Shown here: in pieces, positions 27,926 to 37,227 of the stretch
Position numbering within the stretch: position 1 is the stretch's first letter
Layout of the letters: every line of letters starts with the position of its first letter
DNA from: an uncultured Gemmatimonadales bacterium
GTDB lineage: Bacteria; Gemmatimonadota; Gemmatimonadetes; Gemmatimonadales; GWC2-71-9
Reading direction: 5' to 3'
Assembly: GCA_963698975.1 (NCBI GenBank)
Contig: CAVOSV010000001.1
Location: 738,514-802,513 of the forward strand
DNA length: 64,000 nt
Made by a program: the position numbers and the translations under genes
Notes under the pieces: generated by a model
Told to the model about the DNA's origin: nothing
Databases searched by the model: none
The model's input: only the letters and a program-made list of their open reading frames with translations

Positions 27926-29431
27926 ATGAAGCGTCTGATCCTCTGGACCAATCTTCTGGCCCTTGCCGCGTGCGCGCGTGCAATTCCGCCGGCCCCTCAC
28001 GGCATCTCTCCAGTCTCCGCCATTCCCGGAGTGCGCGTTCCATACCTGGAGCGGGCCGCCCCGCGCGAAATCGCTGCCGATTCGAGCGTCAACGACCTGG
28101 CTGACGCACAGCCGGATGCTGCAGGCGTTCCCGAGTTTCTCCCCGACGATGTCCGATGGGACATCGATGTCAGGAGCTTCGCCAATCATCCGCGCGTCCA
28201 GTACTACCTGAACTACTTCCAGGGAATCTCCCGCACTGGTCTCAGCGTGTTCCTCGCCCGGGGCGCCCGGTATGAGCCCATGATCCGCCGCCAATTCGAG
28301 GCGGAAGGGCTTCCAGGAGACCTGGGATATCTCGCATTGATCGAGAGCGGCTACTCCAACGAGGCCGTGAGCCGCTCCCATGCAGTGGGGATGTGGCAGT
28401 TCATGAAGGGAACAGCCCGCGGCTACGGCATGCGGGTAGATACCTGGGTGGACGAGCGCCGGGACCCGGTGAAAGCCACCGAGGCGGCAGCGCGGTATCT
28501 GCATCATCTGCGTGATCGCTTCGGCTCCTTGTACCTGGCCGCGGCGGCCTATAACGCCGGCGCGGGCAAGCTGTCGCGGAGCCTGGGCAAGCTTCAGTGG
28601 GAGGCCTCGGCCGACAGCAGCGACGGCGACGCCGAGGTGCTGGAGGAAGACGACTCTGAAGCGGAGGCTGCAGCCGACGAGGTAGAGAGCACGCTGGACA
28701 GCACCGATGTCACCAGCGATGCGGCCTTCTTCCGCCTGGCCAGCACCGACCTTCTGACCACCGAGACGCAGGACTACGTCCCGAAACTGATCGCCGCTGC
28801 GGTTGTCGCCAAGCAGCCGGAGCGTTACGGCATTACTGCATCTGAAGTGCCTCCGTTCACCTACGACTCGGTGGTGGTGAACGGCGTGACTGGTTTGGAC
28901 GTGATTGCCCGCCTTGCCGAGGCAAGCCCGGAGGAGATCCGGGACCTCAACCCGCAGTACCTCAGATTCGCCACCCCTCCCCACACTCACTCGGTGGTTC
29001 GGGTGCCGCTTGGCACTGGGGAGACGGTTGCCGATGACTACGAGAAACTGCCGGCATCGAAGCGGGTCCATTTTCTGACCCACGTGGTCCGCCCGGGCGA
29101 ACGGCTGAGCACCATCGCCGGGCGGTATCACCTTCCCGCGACTGAGATTCGGGATGCAAACCCGAGGGCACGAACCTCCCGGCTGAAGAGCGGCACCCGG
29201 CTGGTGATCCCCACGGTTGCCGTACCGTCGGCCCTGGCCATGCGCGCGGTGAACGGCACCGCCTTCAGCCGGCATCAAGCTCGTATGGCCACCCATCAGG
29301 TCCGCTCGGGCGAGACCCTGATCGGGATTGCCCGGCGATATCGAGTTTCACTTCGCGCGCTCCGCCGGATGAATGCCCTGCCCGTAGAGTACACGCTGCG
29401 GGCCGGGAAGCGGCTGCGGATTCCCAGCTAA
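27926..29431 (+). CDS. Lytic transglycosylase lipoprotein with two LysM domains (MltD-like)
   Basis: Lipobox LLALAAC. SLT core LALIESGYSNEAVSRSHAVGMWQFM...AAAAYNAGAGK. LysM repeats HVVRPGERLSTIAGRYHL... and HQVRSGETLIGIARRYRV... Confidence 0.85.
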   Translation: MKRLILWTNLLALAACARAIPPAPHGISPVSAIPGVRVPYLERAAPREIAADSSVNDLADAQPDAAGVPEFLPDDVRWDIDVRSFANHPRVQYYLNYFQGISRTGLSVFLARGARYEPMIRRQFEAEGLPGDLGYLALIESGYSNEAVSRSHAVGMWQFMKGTARGYGMRVDTWVDERRDPVKATEAAARYLHHLRDRFGSLYLAAAAYNAGAGKLSRSLGKLQWEASADSSDGDAEVLEEDDSEAEAAADEVESTLDSTDVTSDAAFFRLASTDLLTTETQDYVPKLIAAAVVAKQPERYGITASEVPPFTYDSVVVNGVTGLDVIARLAEASPEEIRDLNPQYLRFATPPHTHSVVRVPLGTGETVADDYEKLPASKRVHFLTHVVRPGERLSTIAGRYHLPATEIRDANPRARTSRLKSGTRLVIPTVAVPSALAMRAVNGTAFSRHQARMATHQVRSGETLIGIARRYRVSLRALRRMNALPVEYTLRAGKRLRIPS

Positions 29432-29462
29432 CCCACCCCCACCTCAGACTCCGGAAGTCACC

Positions 29463-29666
29463 GTGTCTGCCGAAACCTCGACCCCAGGCGCCTCCATCTC
29501 CGTGCCGAATCCGAACGGATTCGCTCGGACAGCCATGGCGATTTTTGTCACCATGGTTCTCCTCATCGTTGCCCTTACCGGGATTTTGGTGGAGACCACG
29601 TGGCGTGAGCCTTCCAGCTCCATCGAGGTGGCCCCACCCGATCCGGGGAGCGTCGCCCGCCGTTGA
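29463..29666 (+). CDS. Small single-TM protein
   Basis: GTG start. FARTAMAIFVTMVLLIVALTGILV. Its stop overlaps the TTG start of the next gene (TTGA at 29663-29666). Confidence 0.4.
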   Translation: MSAETSTPGASISVPNPNGFARTAMAIFVTMVLLIVALTGILVETTWREPSSSIEVAPPDPGSVARR

Positions 29667-30706
29667 GTGGAGCTCTTCGAGGCACCTGGCTGTTGGCCCT
29701 CGGACTCGGGTCTTCTCTAGCGCCTGCTCTCGCAACGGCACAGCTCCGCAACCGGGGCGCAGGATACGCCCTACCCTCTGCTGCATCCGATACCACCAGG
29801 GCAAGGTCGAACGGCGACTCTGCATCCCCCGGCGGAGTGGCAGCAGGCACTGTGGTCCAGGGCTATCTCTCCTCCTGGGGACTGCCACCTCTTCCCGGCA
29901 ATTTCAGCCTATCAGACAGTGGTCTCGTCTTCCGCTCGACCAGCGGAAGCCTCTCGGCCAGAGCCGCTACGGTATCGTTGGCTTATGTAGACGATGGGAA
30001 CGGCCGGGCCCATTACATCTTCCGGATAGACAGCGGTGTTTTTGAAACCGAGACGCCGGGAGCTCTGCTTGAGGTGGCCACACATCCGCGTTGGCTCGAG
30101 CGGCGGGTATCGAGCGATGGGACTACAGCCGGCAGATCGGCGAGTGCTGAGCCGGGTGTTCTCCTGCAGGCCGCCCGCGATATCGGAAGCACCGCATATG
30201 CCGATTCATTGTATCAGCTGTTCGGTCAACCTCGCGCCGTCATCGGACTGATTGGCCGGCGGGGGCGCGCAGCTGGGCGGCTCGGCGAATACATCGCTTC
30301 GCGGGATTCCCTGGCACTCGACCCGGGACACATGACTGGCGTGGCGCAGCTTCGTCATGCGCTGGCGCATGAGCTCGGCCACCGCTGGCAGGTCAAGGCA
30401 AAGGCCCAGCTCGCGGCACTTTGGGCGGGGGTTCCAGCGATTCGCGACCCGAAGCGGTATGGCTATGATGACCGCTCAGAGCATCAGGCAGAGGCCATTG
30501 CCTTTGCCGTCAACTTTCTGCAGACCACGGCCACGACCCGCCCGGCCGTGGCGGCGAGCTCACTCTCCCTGCTCGATCATTACGAGCTCCTCGTGCCGGG
30601 AACCACCACGATAGCCCGTTACCTCCTGCTGCAACCAGTGTATCGCCGCCATCCACTGCGACCCTTTCTCGCCAGCGGCAGACTCACCTACGCTCTAGAG
30701 AAGTAG
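29663..30706 (+). CDS. Secreted protein with an HExxH motif (putative zinc metalloprotease)
   Basis: Signal MSGALRGTWLLALGLGSSLAPALATAQ. LRHALAHELGHRWQ...EHQAEAIAFAV. I recognise no named family. Confidence 0.6.
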   Translation: MSGALRGTWLLALGLGSSLAPALATAQLRNRGAGYALPSAASDTTRARSNGDSASPGGVAAGTVVQGYLSSWGLPPLPGNFSLSDSGLVFRSTSGSLSARAATVSLAYVDDGNGRAHYIFRIDSGVFETETPGALLEVATHPRWLERRVSSDGTTAGRSASAEPGVLLQAARDIGSTAYADSLYQLFGQPRAVIGLIGRRGRAAGRLGEYIASRDSLALDPGHMTGVAQLRHALAHELGHRWQVKAKAQLAALWAGVPAIRDPKRYGYDDRSEHQAEAIAFAVNFLQTTATTRPAVAASSLSLLDHYELLVPGTTTIARYLLLQPVYRRHPLRPFLASGRLTYALEK

Positions 30707-32603
30707 CCTCCGCCGCTTCCAGAACCCGCTGTCGTTGTCCCGGCGTCAGCATCTCCCGGGCAATAACCTTTTTCACCAGTCGGGCCACGAAGCTGTATCC
30801 CCGAGGGTCGTACACCATCCATCGGTGCCACTCCAGCTCATCGAGTGCCTCCGCCACCTTGTTTTCCGGAAGGTCCAGCACTCGAGCCAGCAGATCGAGA
30901 GCCACCCGATCACTCAGGACCGACGCGGCCGCCAAGGCCCGTTGCGCGCCAGGACTCAGACGGCGAAAACCCACGCGAATAGCCGCGAGCACGGTGTCGG
31001 GAAGATCCCCAGGCATGGTCTGGTCCAGCGTCTTATACGGCTCGGGCCAGGCCCCCGCGGTTCCCCGAAGATCCAGCCCCAGGGCTACGGCCCGTAGCAG
31101 CTCGACGGCCAGGAGCGGGAGGCCGGCGGAGTCGGTGGCCACCCGGCGGACTACCCGTTCGATCTCGACATCGCTGAACCCCGGCAGCATTCGGCGGGCA
31201 AGCGTGCGCAGGTCGGAGGATCCGAGGGAGCCCAACCGAACGGCAACGCCGCTCACGGTATTCCCCAGCCGGGTACGGAGGGCATCCAGCTCGGCTCGGG
31301 GCGGATGAGAGTCGGTGGCGAACAGGACGATGAGCGGCGCTGATTCGAGGTCGCGCAGAACTGCCCGGAGTGCCTGCATGGAGGCATTATCCAGCCACTG
31401 GGCGTCATCTATCGCGACCGCGATGGGCTGCTCTTCGCTAGCCGCACGAAGGATCTCGCTCAATGCCCGCCCCCAGGAAAGCGGCTCGCCATCACTGGGG
31501 AGGTGGGGGAATCGGTCGGCCCACTCCGGGAGCGCGTCGGCGAATACGGCCAGAGCCCGGGCGGGTGCCGCCGCCAATCCCTGGGCCTCGAGCAGACCGC
31601 CCCGGGCGAGCCCGCGAATGCCGCTCCACTCCTCTTCGTGATCTCCTTCGACCGCACGCACCGCGGCTACGGCGACACCATCCAGTCGGAGTCTCCCGAG
31701 CAGCTCCTCCATCAGCCGGGTCTTCCCCACTCCGCTTTCCCCTTCGAGGATCAGGGCGCACGCACGTCGCTCCGCCCGAGCGGAGGCGGCAGCATCGGCG
31801 AGGCGTGACAGCTCGGGTTCCCGCCCCACCAACGGCAGGCGTGGCTCTCCCTCTGCAGGCTCTCCGGAGCGACCCGGTGCGGGTGGCCGGATGGTGCGCT
31901 CGTGCCGGACCCGATCTGCCAGCGCCTGCGTCTCCGGATCGGGCTGTGTCCCAATTTCCTGGTGCAATCTCTGAGTGAACTCTTCGTAGCGTTCCAGGGC
32001 ACCCGCCCGGTCTCCCGCGAGAACCAGGCTTCGCATGATGATCCGGACAGCGTGCTCCGAGCCGGGGTCCAAGGAGAGTGCCCGTGCGGCCACAGCGGAC
32101 GCTTCCTGTGCCTGGCCGGCGCGGAGCAGGTCTTCGGCGTAATGGGCGAGAACTTCGATGCAGCGAAGCCGGATGGCCGATCGCTCGCTGGCGAGCCAGT
32201 TCTCAAAGTCTGACGCCCCGGCGATTGAAAAGCCTTCGAGAAACTCACCGGCAATGAGTCCAGATGCCGCCTCCCATTCTCCGGCGGCTGCGTACTCCTC
32301 CAACCGATCGATATCCAGCGTGAGCGATCCCGCTGCCAGCCGAATCTGCCCCACGCTGGTGTCCACGTTTCCCTCACCCAGGTAACGGCGGAGCACCCGA
32401 ATGGCCTCGTTCAGCGAATGACGGGCAGCTGCTTCAGGCTTTTCTCCCCATAGCAGTCCGATCAGGTGCTCCCGGGCCCTCCCCCGGGGAGAGCGGGCGA
32501 GGTATACCAGGAGTCCCAGATGCTTGCGCCAGAGCAGCTCAGAGGGCGCCGGAGCACCGTCCACACTCAGTCCAACAGGGCCCAGGGTCTGACAGGAGAT
32601 CAT
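30684..32603 (-). CDS. SARP/AfsR-type regulator: winged-helix + BTAD + AAA/STAND ATPase
   Basis: From ATG 32603: wHTH-like LLWRKHLGLLVYLARSP...LIGLLWGE. BTAD region AHYAEDLLRAGQAQEASAVAARALSLDPGSEHAVRIIMRSLVLAGDRAGALERYEEF. Walker A LEGESGVGKTRL. Walker B IAVAIDDAQWLD. Confidence 0.8.
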   Translation of the reverse strand: MISCQTLGPVGLSVDGAPAPSELLWRKHLGLLVYLARSPRGRAREHLIGLLWGEKPEAAARHSLNEAIRVLRRYLGEGNVDTSVGQIRLAAGSLTLDIDRLEEYAAAGEWEAASGLIAGEFLEGFSIAGASDFENWLASERSAIRLRCIEVLAHYAEDLLRAGQAQEASAVAARALSLDPGSEHAVRIIMRSLVLAGDRAGALERYEEFTQRLHQEIGTQPDPETQALADRVRHERTIRPPAPGRSGEPAEGEPRLPLVGREPELSRLADAAASARAERRACALILEGESGVGKTRLMEELLGRLRLDGVAVAAVRAVEGDHEEEWSGIRGLARGGLLEAQGLAAAPARALAVFADALPEWADRFPHLPSDGEPLSWGRALSEILRAASEEQPIAVAIDDAQWLDNASMQALRAVLRDLESAPLIVLFATDSHPPRAELDALRTRLGNTVSGVAVRLGSLGSSDLRTLARRMLPGFSDVEIERVVRRVATDSAGLPLLAVELLRAVALGLDLRGTAGAWPEPYKTLDQTMPGDLPDTVLAAIRVGFRRLSPGAQRALAAASVLSDRVALDLLARVLDLPENKVAEALDELEWHRWMVYDPRGYSFVARLVKKVIAREMLTPGQRQRVLEAAEATSLERR

Positions 32604-32727
32604 GCTAGATATTGCGCTTCGAAACCCTGGTTGAGAAGTGTGAGCCCAAATGAACGGGCAATGTGCTGCCGAACACGGCAGCGAATCCATACCCGTGCAA
32701 TCCTAAGGCGGCCTCCACCAGGAGAGC

Positions 32728-32871
32728 ATGGTGACCGTAGTGCTGCATTGTTTGAACTGCGGATTCAGCTTCACTGTAACCTATCCCTCGGTGGAACCGC
32801 CGCTGGATAAGAGCCGCCCGGTGGTCTGCGGCCACTGCAGGTCAACCCACTGGTCGTCGCAGACCTTTTAG
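32728..32871 (+). CDS. Possible 47-aa zinc-ribbon protein
   Basis: MVTVVLHCLNCGFSFTVTYPSVEPPLDKSRPVVCGHCRSTHWSSQTF (CxxC-22-CxxC). The AGGAGA is only 2 nt from the ATG, so spacing is poor. Confidence 0.3.
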   Translation: MVTVVLHCLNCGFSFTVTYPSVEPPLDKSRPVVCGHCRSTHWSSQTF

Positions 32872-32948
32872 CACGCGCCCACATCGCAGCTTTCTCCGAG
32901 CTGCGTTTCTTACTTCGGCTGCTCATAGCGGCAGTTCTGGCTGGCGTT

Positions 32949-33329
32949 TTGGGTTGGGAACGAGAGTCTGCCCATAAGCCGGCCGGTTTACGAACTCACA
33001 TGGTAGTGGGCATAGCTTCCGCCCTCTTTACCGCGCTGGGGGAGTTGGCGCTTCAGGACCAAGCCGCTGCTGCGGTGGCTGGCGCACGGGGTGACCCGGT
33101 CCGTGTCATACAGGCTGTCGCGCTAGGGATTGGATTCCTGGGCTCGGGGGTCATCTTCGTCGTCAAGGAAGGCGACCGGGTCCGTGGCCTCACGACAGCC
33201 GCCTCAATCTGGGCAACCGCCGGTGTTGGGATTGCGGCCGGCGCCGGCCGGTTCCTGCTGGCAGTCGGGTGTACCCTCCTGCTGATGCTCGTCTTACGGG
33301 GTATGGCGCGATTCGATCGGGATGCCTGA
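32949..33329 (+). CDS. MgtC/SapB-family membrane protein (5' end unresolved)
   Basis: GWERESAHKPAGLRTHMVVGIASALFT...GIGFLGSGVIF...GLTTAASIWATAGVGIAAGAG. Family-like sequence (DLLARAHIAAFSELRFLLRLLIAAVLAGVL) continues upstream to ~32860 in frame with no ATG/GTG/TTG. Confidence 0.7.
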   Translation: MGWERESAHKPAGLRTHMVVGIASALFTALGELALQDQAAAAVAGARGDPVRVIQAVALGIGFLGSGVIFVVKEGDRVRGLTTAASIWATAGVGIAAGAGRFLLAVGCTLLLMLVLRGMARFDRDA

Positions 33330-33399
33330 CATTCCGCACTTGATTCGGCTTGACCCACTCCTGAGACCGTTCCGGCAAGGCAGTACAGCGGAGGAGGTC

Positions 33400-33984
33400 A
33401 TGAATCCAACCCCGCTCAGCTTCCTGGGTTCCCTCGGAGGCAAGCGGATGCTGATATGCGGGATCGGAATTGAAGCAGTGGCCTTTACGCTCGCCGGTGC
33501 CGACGTTTACGGCTTCGACGGTTCGGTCAGCCAAGTGGAAGCGGTCAAGGACCTTGCTCGCGGTCTCGCTCTTCGAGACCGGATCCATCTCCAAACCGGG
33601 GCAATGGATCAGCTGGCCTATCCAGATCGCTTCTTTGATTTGGCCTTCGGAAAGACGGTTGCGGAGAATGCTGATCTCGAATCGGGCGTGAGAGAGTTGG
33701 TGCGCGTGCTGAAGCCAGGAGCGCGGGCAGCGTTCGTGCTCCGGGACGACGGCCTGCTGCAGGAAACGATACGCCGCGCTTTTGGTTCGGCGGTACTGGG
33801 AGAGTGCTGGATCGGAGTGGTGAAGAGTTGGGACGAGGACCGCGAGAGCCACTGGTCGGATTCGAACCGACGACCGCTCGATTACGAATCGAGAGCTCTA
33901 CCCCTGAGCTACAGTGGCGGCACGTCGGATGCCCTGGCGCGGATTCGAACCGCGACGCCTTTCGGCACTACCCCCTCAAGATAG
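33400..33984 (+). CDS. Class I SAM-dependent methyltransferase (3' end doubtful)
   Basis: GGAGGAGG upstream of ATG 33400. RMLICGIGIEAVAFTLAGADVYGFD (motif I), FDLAFGKTV, LVRVLKPGARAAFVL. The open frame then runs antisense through two tRNA genes. A +1 shift near 33780 would instead stop at 33819-33821. Confidence 0.65.
   Translation: MNPTPLSFLGSLGGKRMLICGIGIEAVAFTLAGADVYGFDGSVSQVEAVKDLARGLALRDRIHLQTGAMDQLAYPDRFFDLAFGKTVAENADLESGVRELVRVLKPGARAAFVLRDDGLLQETIRRAFGSAVLGECWIGVVKSWDEDRESHWSDSNRRPLDYESRALPLSYSGGTSDALARIRTATPFGTTPSR
33847..33918 (-). tRNA. tRNA-Thr (anticodon CGT)
   Basis: Acceptor GCCACTG/CAGTGGC, D-arm GCTC-AGGGGTA-GAGC, anticodon stem CTCGA/TCGAG with loop UUCGUAA, T-arm GTCGG-TTCGAAT-CCGAC. 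Confidence 0.9.
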
Positions 33985-34011
33985 CGTGTCTACCAGTTTC
34001 ACCACCAGGGC
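33930..34011 (-). tRNA. tRNA-Leu (anticodon GAG), long variable arm
   Basis: Acceptor GCCCTGG/CCAGGGC plus discriminator A, anticodon loop UUGAGGG, variable arm TGCCGAAAGGCG, T-arm GCGGTTCGAATCCGC. Confidence 0.9.
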
Positions 34012-34107
34012 GGAACGGCGCAGCAAGATAGCCGCAACAATAAAGTGGGTCAACCCTGACCGTGCGAGCTAAGTGATTAGCTGGCCACGACTAAGGAGAC
34101 CGCTTAC

Positions 34108-35772
34108 TTATCGATCGTAGGGACTTCCTGCCAGAGGAGTCCCGTTTAACTGGATATCCAGTCGGACGCCCTTCGTGGTCACCAGTACAAATGCGTCCGT
34201 GTAGGTACCATCCTGATTGTCATTACAGCGCGGAGGATTCTGCCCCCGACCATTTACGACACAGGTGCGAGGTTGACTCCCATTCACACTGATTTGTACC
34301 TGGTCTCCGCCACGCCCGACCAAGTTGCCTTGGCCATCCCGGACAGTAACAGCCACGTCGATAGCAGCGAAAACGCCGATCTGCCTGCGCTTCACTTCGG
34401 CAGTGCTAGTCGATGGGTCGGCTGGTCCTGGCGCCACTGTGGTGGCAGCTCTTACATCCGGCAGTGGCTCCCCTCGGAATTCGACGGTGATGTCATCTTT
34501 TCCGGTGTGCACCGGCACGTAAGAGGCGGTGTACGACCCGCCGCTGATCTCGGTAACCGGTATGTCCTCGCTGGGATTTGCCCCACTGATCCGGATCGAC
34601 AGGTCGGCTGACGCCCCGGGAATGTCGTTGTTGAAATCGTCCTTAAGCCGCAGCGACATGGTCGTCTTCTGCCCCGCTTCGCCGCCGGAAACCGAGAGCG
34701 AGCTTCGCTTGCCCGACGGTTTGCCCGGACGAACCGCAATTTCAGGCGAAGTGACGGGAGTAAATCCCGCCGCTGAGAAGATCAGCGTCCGGGTTCCGGT
34801 CCCTGCCCGGAACTCGAGGTCGGTGAAGGTGACTCTGCCATTTTCATCACTGGTTCTGCTGGTGTTCCCTCCAAGTGATCCCCCAACGCCCACGTCTACA
34901 GTGACCTTGACGTCCTTGCTGGGAAGTGGAGCGCCGGTCGGGTCCTGGAGCTGGATCTCAGGTTGCTGCTCCAGCGCTACTCCGGCAACCGCAATTGGAG
35001 AGGGCGGCGTCACGAGGGCCAGCACCGGTTTCGGGGCAGGCACCGCGGTAGCGATGAACGCTATGGGCGGACCCTCCAGCGCCTGGGCTTTGGCAACTGC
35101 TCCGTAAGATCCGGGACTGTTCCCAAGAATGTGGGCGACTGCGGCACGCCCATCGGCCCCGGTTGTGTCGGTTTGGGGACTCACCTCACCGCCGCCGGTC
35201 GACTGCCATATCACCTCGACTCCAGGCACTCCATTGCCGAATCGATCCACCGCCCTCACTGCCAGGGATTCCGGCAGCATGGTGCTCACCTGGGCGGTTT
35301 GACCATTCCCCCCAGCCATCGCCAGAGACTCGGGGCTTTCCGGCTGCGCGGCCACGTGAAAGCTGGTGAGACCATTAGTGTCGGGTACTATCGCAGAGGC
35401 GCGGGCCTCCACCACCTGCTCTCCCGCCGTGGTGCTCAAGACATAGTGAACAGCCGCCTGGCCCAAGGCATTCGTGGTGACCGGTTCGGTGGGCTGGATC
35501 GAGGCCCCGTCTGGTGGTACAAAGGTCACCTCGACACCCTGCACCGGCCGGCCGGCTGGATCGGTTACTTCGGCGACGAGCGAGTCGGCCAGGGGCTGGC
35601 CCACAGTGGCGGTCAGATTTTCTGGGTTGACGGCCGTGATCCTGGCGGGCTCCCCGTCGCGAGGCAGAAGGAGGTCGTCTCCACCGCAGGCAGCGAGGAG
35701 AAGCAGGGTGAACAGAGAAACAGCTGGAAGGAGCAGAAGGCCCCGGGCAGGATCAGTCCTCGCCATGCCCAT
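34108..35772 (-). CDS. Ig-like (Big-type) repeat lipoprotein, ~555 aa
   Basis: MGMARTDPARGLLLLPAVSLFTLLLLAACGGDDLLLPRDGEPARI lipobox, then repeated modules such as VTDPAGRPVQGVEVTF, AVDRFGNGVPGVEVIW. Start chosen among ATGs 35781/35772/35766. Confidence 0.75.
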   Translation of the reverse strand: MGMARTDPARGLLLLPAVSLFTLLLLAACGGDDLLLPRDGEPARITAVNPENLTATVGQPLADSLVAEVTDPAGRPVQGVEVTFVPPDGASIQPTEPVTTNALGQAAVHYVLSTTAGEQVVEARASAIVPDTNGLTSFHVAAQPESPESLAMAGGNGQTAQVSTMLPESLAVRAVDRFGNGVPGVEVIWQSTGGGEVSPQTDTTGADGRAAVAHILGNSPGSYGAVAKAQALEGPPIAFIATAVPAPKPVLALVTPPSPIAVAGVALEQQPEIQLQDPTGAPLPSKDVKVTVDVGVGGSLGGNTSRTSDENGRVTFTDLEFRAGTGTRTLIFSAAGFTPVTSPEIAVRPGKPSGKRSSLSVSGGEAGQKTTMSLRLKDDFNNDIPGASADLSIRISGANPSEDIPVTEISGGSYTASYVPVHTGKDDITVEFRGEPLPDVRAATTVAPGPADPSTSTAEVKRRQIGVFAAIDVAVTVRDGQGNLVGRGGDQVQISVNGSQPRTCVVNGRGQNPPRCNDNQDGTYTDAFVLVTTKGVRLDIQLNGTPLAGSPYDR

Positions 35773-37132
35773 CGCGTTCATGGATTTCGAAGACGTCGCT
35801 GTCGACGCTGGGTAAGCCATCTGAGCTGGCACGCAGCTGATACTGACCTTCCTTGTCCACGTTGAGATCATTGAAGATGGCAACGCCAGAGCGAGTCTTC
35901 TCCCGCTCGTGGCCTTTGAGCTTTCCACCATTGTCTCCGAGTAGCTCAAGCTTAATCTCGAACTCGCCCTGAGTCACCACTTGGCCGTTCTGATCCAGCA
36001 CGGCAACCTGGACTGCCGGATCTACCGTCTTGCCCTTCTCCGCGTCACTGGGCTGAACCCGGAACTCGAGCCGGGCGGGGCCGGTATTGCCTCCACCGCC
36101 ACCGCCGTCGCCACCTGCAGGCCTGCTTGCCACAGCCCGGAAGCTCACGAACCCGACTCCAGAGACCACAGCGTTCAGCGTGTTGACCCCGGGATTGGCG
36201 CCGAGGGTCCAGCGCACCCGCGCTTCACCATTGTCATCGGTAGAGCTGGTGGTGGCGCTCACGCTCCCCCCGCCCGAGCCAATAACCCAAGTCACGGGCC
36301 GGTTGGGGACACCGTTTCCGTTCTGATCCTCGAGCCGGACAACTAATGGTTGGCTCAGCTCCTGGTTCGGCGCGGCGGATTGATTGTTCCCCGAGACCAG
36401 AATCAGCCGACGAGGACCTCCTGAAGCAGCGATGGCTGTAAAGGAGACCGGAGAGCCCTCCAGACCATCGCTGGAGGCGGTGGCGGTCTGATTGCCGACC
36501 GATGAGGCCAGGGTCCAAACAGTCGCCGCCTTGCCGTCGGGACCGGTGGTTGTGGTGGCCGGATCTACGCTGCCGTCTTCCGCGGTCCAGTCCACCGGAA
36601 CACCCTCGACCGGATTACCGAACTGGTCGGTGATCAGCACCTCGAGCGGATCCGCGAGCTCCGATCCTGCCGGGCCCTCCTGTTGGTTGCCGCCCGCTTC
36701 CTCGATTCGACTCGCATCTGCCGGGTGGGCCGCCGCCTGAAAGGTGACCGAGAGCTCTTCGTTTCCGTCAACGCTGGCAGTGAGAGATTGCCCACCAGCC
36801 GCGGGTCCCAGCACCCATTCAGCCTGGGCCACGCCATCTGAATTGGTGGTTGCGGCTTCCGGACGGACGAGAGCACCCTGAGCGTCCTGCCCGGGGGTGA
36901 AGGCGACCCGCTGTCCGGCGACGGGAGTGCCCCGCTGGTCTACGATCCGGACGGCAACTGAATCCGTGAGAGCGGCTCCCGCGGCTCCTGTTTGCTCATC
37001 GCCCCTGATCTTGGTGATCGTGGCGGGGCGGGACTCGCTCGGCAGCAGGAGGTCCGATCCACCACAGTTCGCTAGTAACGCAAGAACGCCGATAACGGCG
37101 CCGGTTCTTCCGAGACGGACGAGCTGGTGCAT
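35753..37132 (-). CDS. Ig-like (Big-type) repeat lipoprotein, 459 aa
   Basis: MHQLVRLGRTGAVIGVLALLANCGGSDLLLPSESRPATI, then repeats IVDQRGTPVAGQRVAF, ITDQFGNPVEGVPVDW, LEDQNGNGVPNRPVTW. A G-rich linker (GGDGGGGGG) precedes the last domain. Confidence 0.8.
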   Translation of the reverse strand: MHQLVRLGRTGAVIGVLALLANCGGSDLLLPSESRPATITKIRGDEQTGAAGAALTDSVAVRIVDQRGTPVAGQRVAFTPGQDAQGALVRPEAATTNSDGVAQAEWVLGPAAGGQSLTASVDGNEELSVTFQAAAHPADASRIEEAGGNQQEGPAGSELADPLEVLITDQFGNPVEGVPVDWTAEDGSVDPATTTTGPDGKAATVWTLASSVGNQTATASSDGLEGSPVSFTAIAASGGPRRLILVSGNNQSAAPNQELSQPLVVRLEDQNGNGVPNRPVTWVIGSGGGSVSATTSSTDDNGEARVRWTLGANPGVNTLNAVVSGVGFVSFRAVASRPAGGDGGGGGGNTGPARLEFRVQPSDAEKGKTVDPAVQVAVLDQNGQVVTQGEFEIKLELLGDNGGKLKGHEREKTRSGVAIFNDLNVDKEGQYQLRASSDGLPSVDSDVFEIHERDGHGED

Positions 37133-37155
37133 GAATGCCTGAGGTAAATGCTAAG

Positions 37156-37185
37156 GCCGCGCGATAGACTAGCTTATCGCGCGGC
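37156..37185 (-). terminator. Intergenic stem-loop between two Ig-like lipoprotein genes
   Basis: GCCGCGCGATA-gactagct-TATCGCGCGGC: 11-bp perfect stem 43 nt after the stop at 37228. Confidence 0.55.
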
Positions 37186-37227
37186 GGGCCCGACAGATAT
37201 GAGGTGGATCACACGAGGAAATCGTGA

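Noticed and set aside
27911-29296. 461-aa minus-strand ORF opposite the MltD-like gene. Similar shadows occur at 7867-8724, 44549-45415, 54196-54855 and 55176-56048.
   Set aside because: The same reasoning applies: antisense to well-supported genes, low-complexity composition, no start context.
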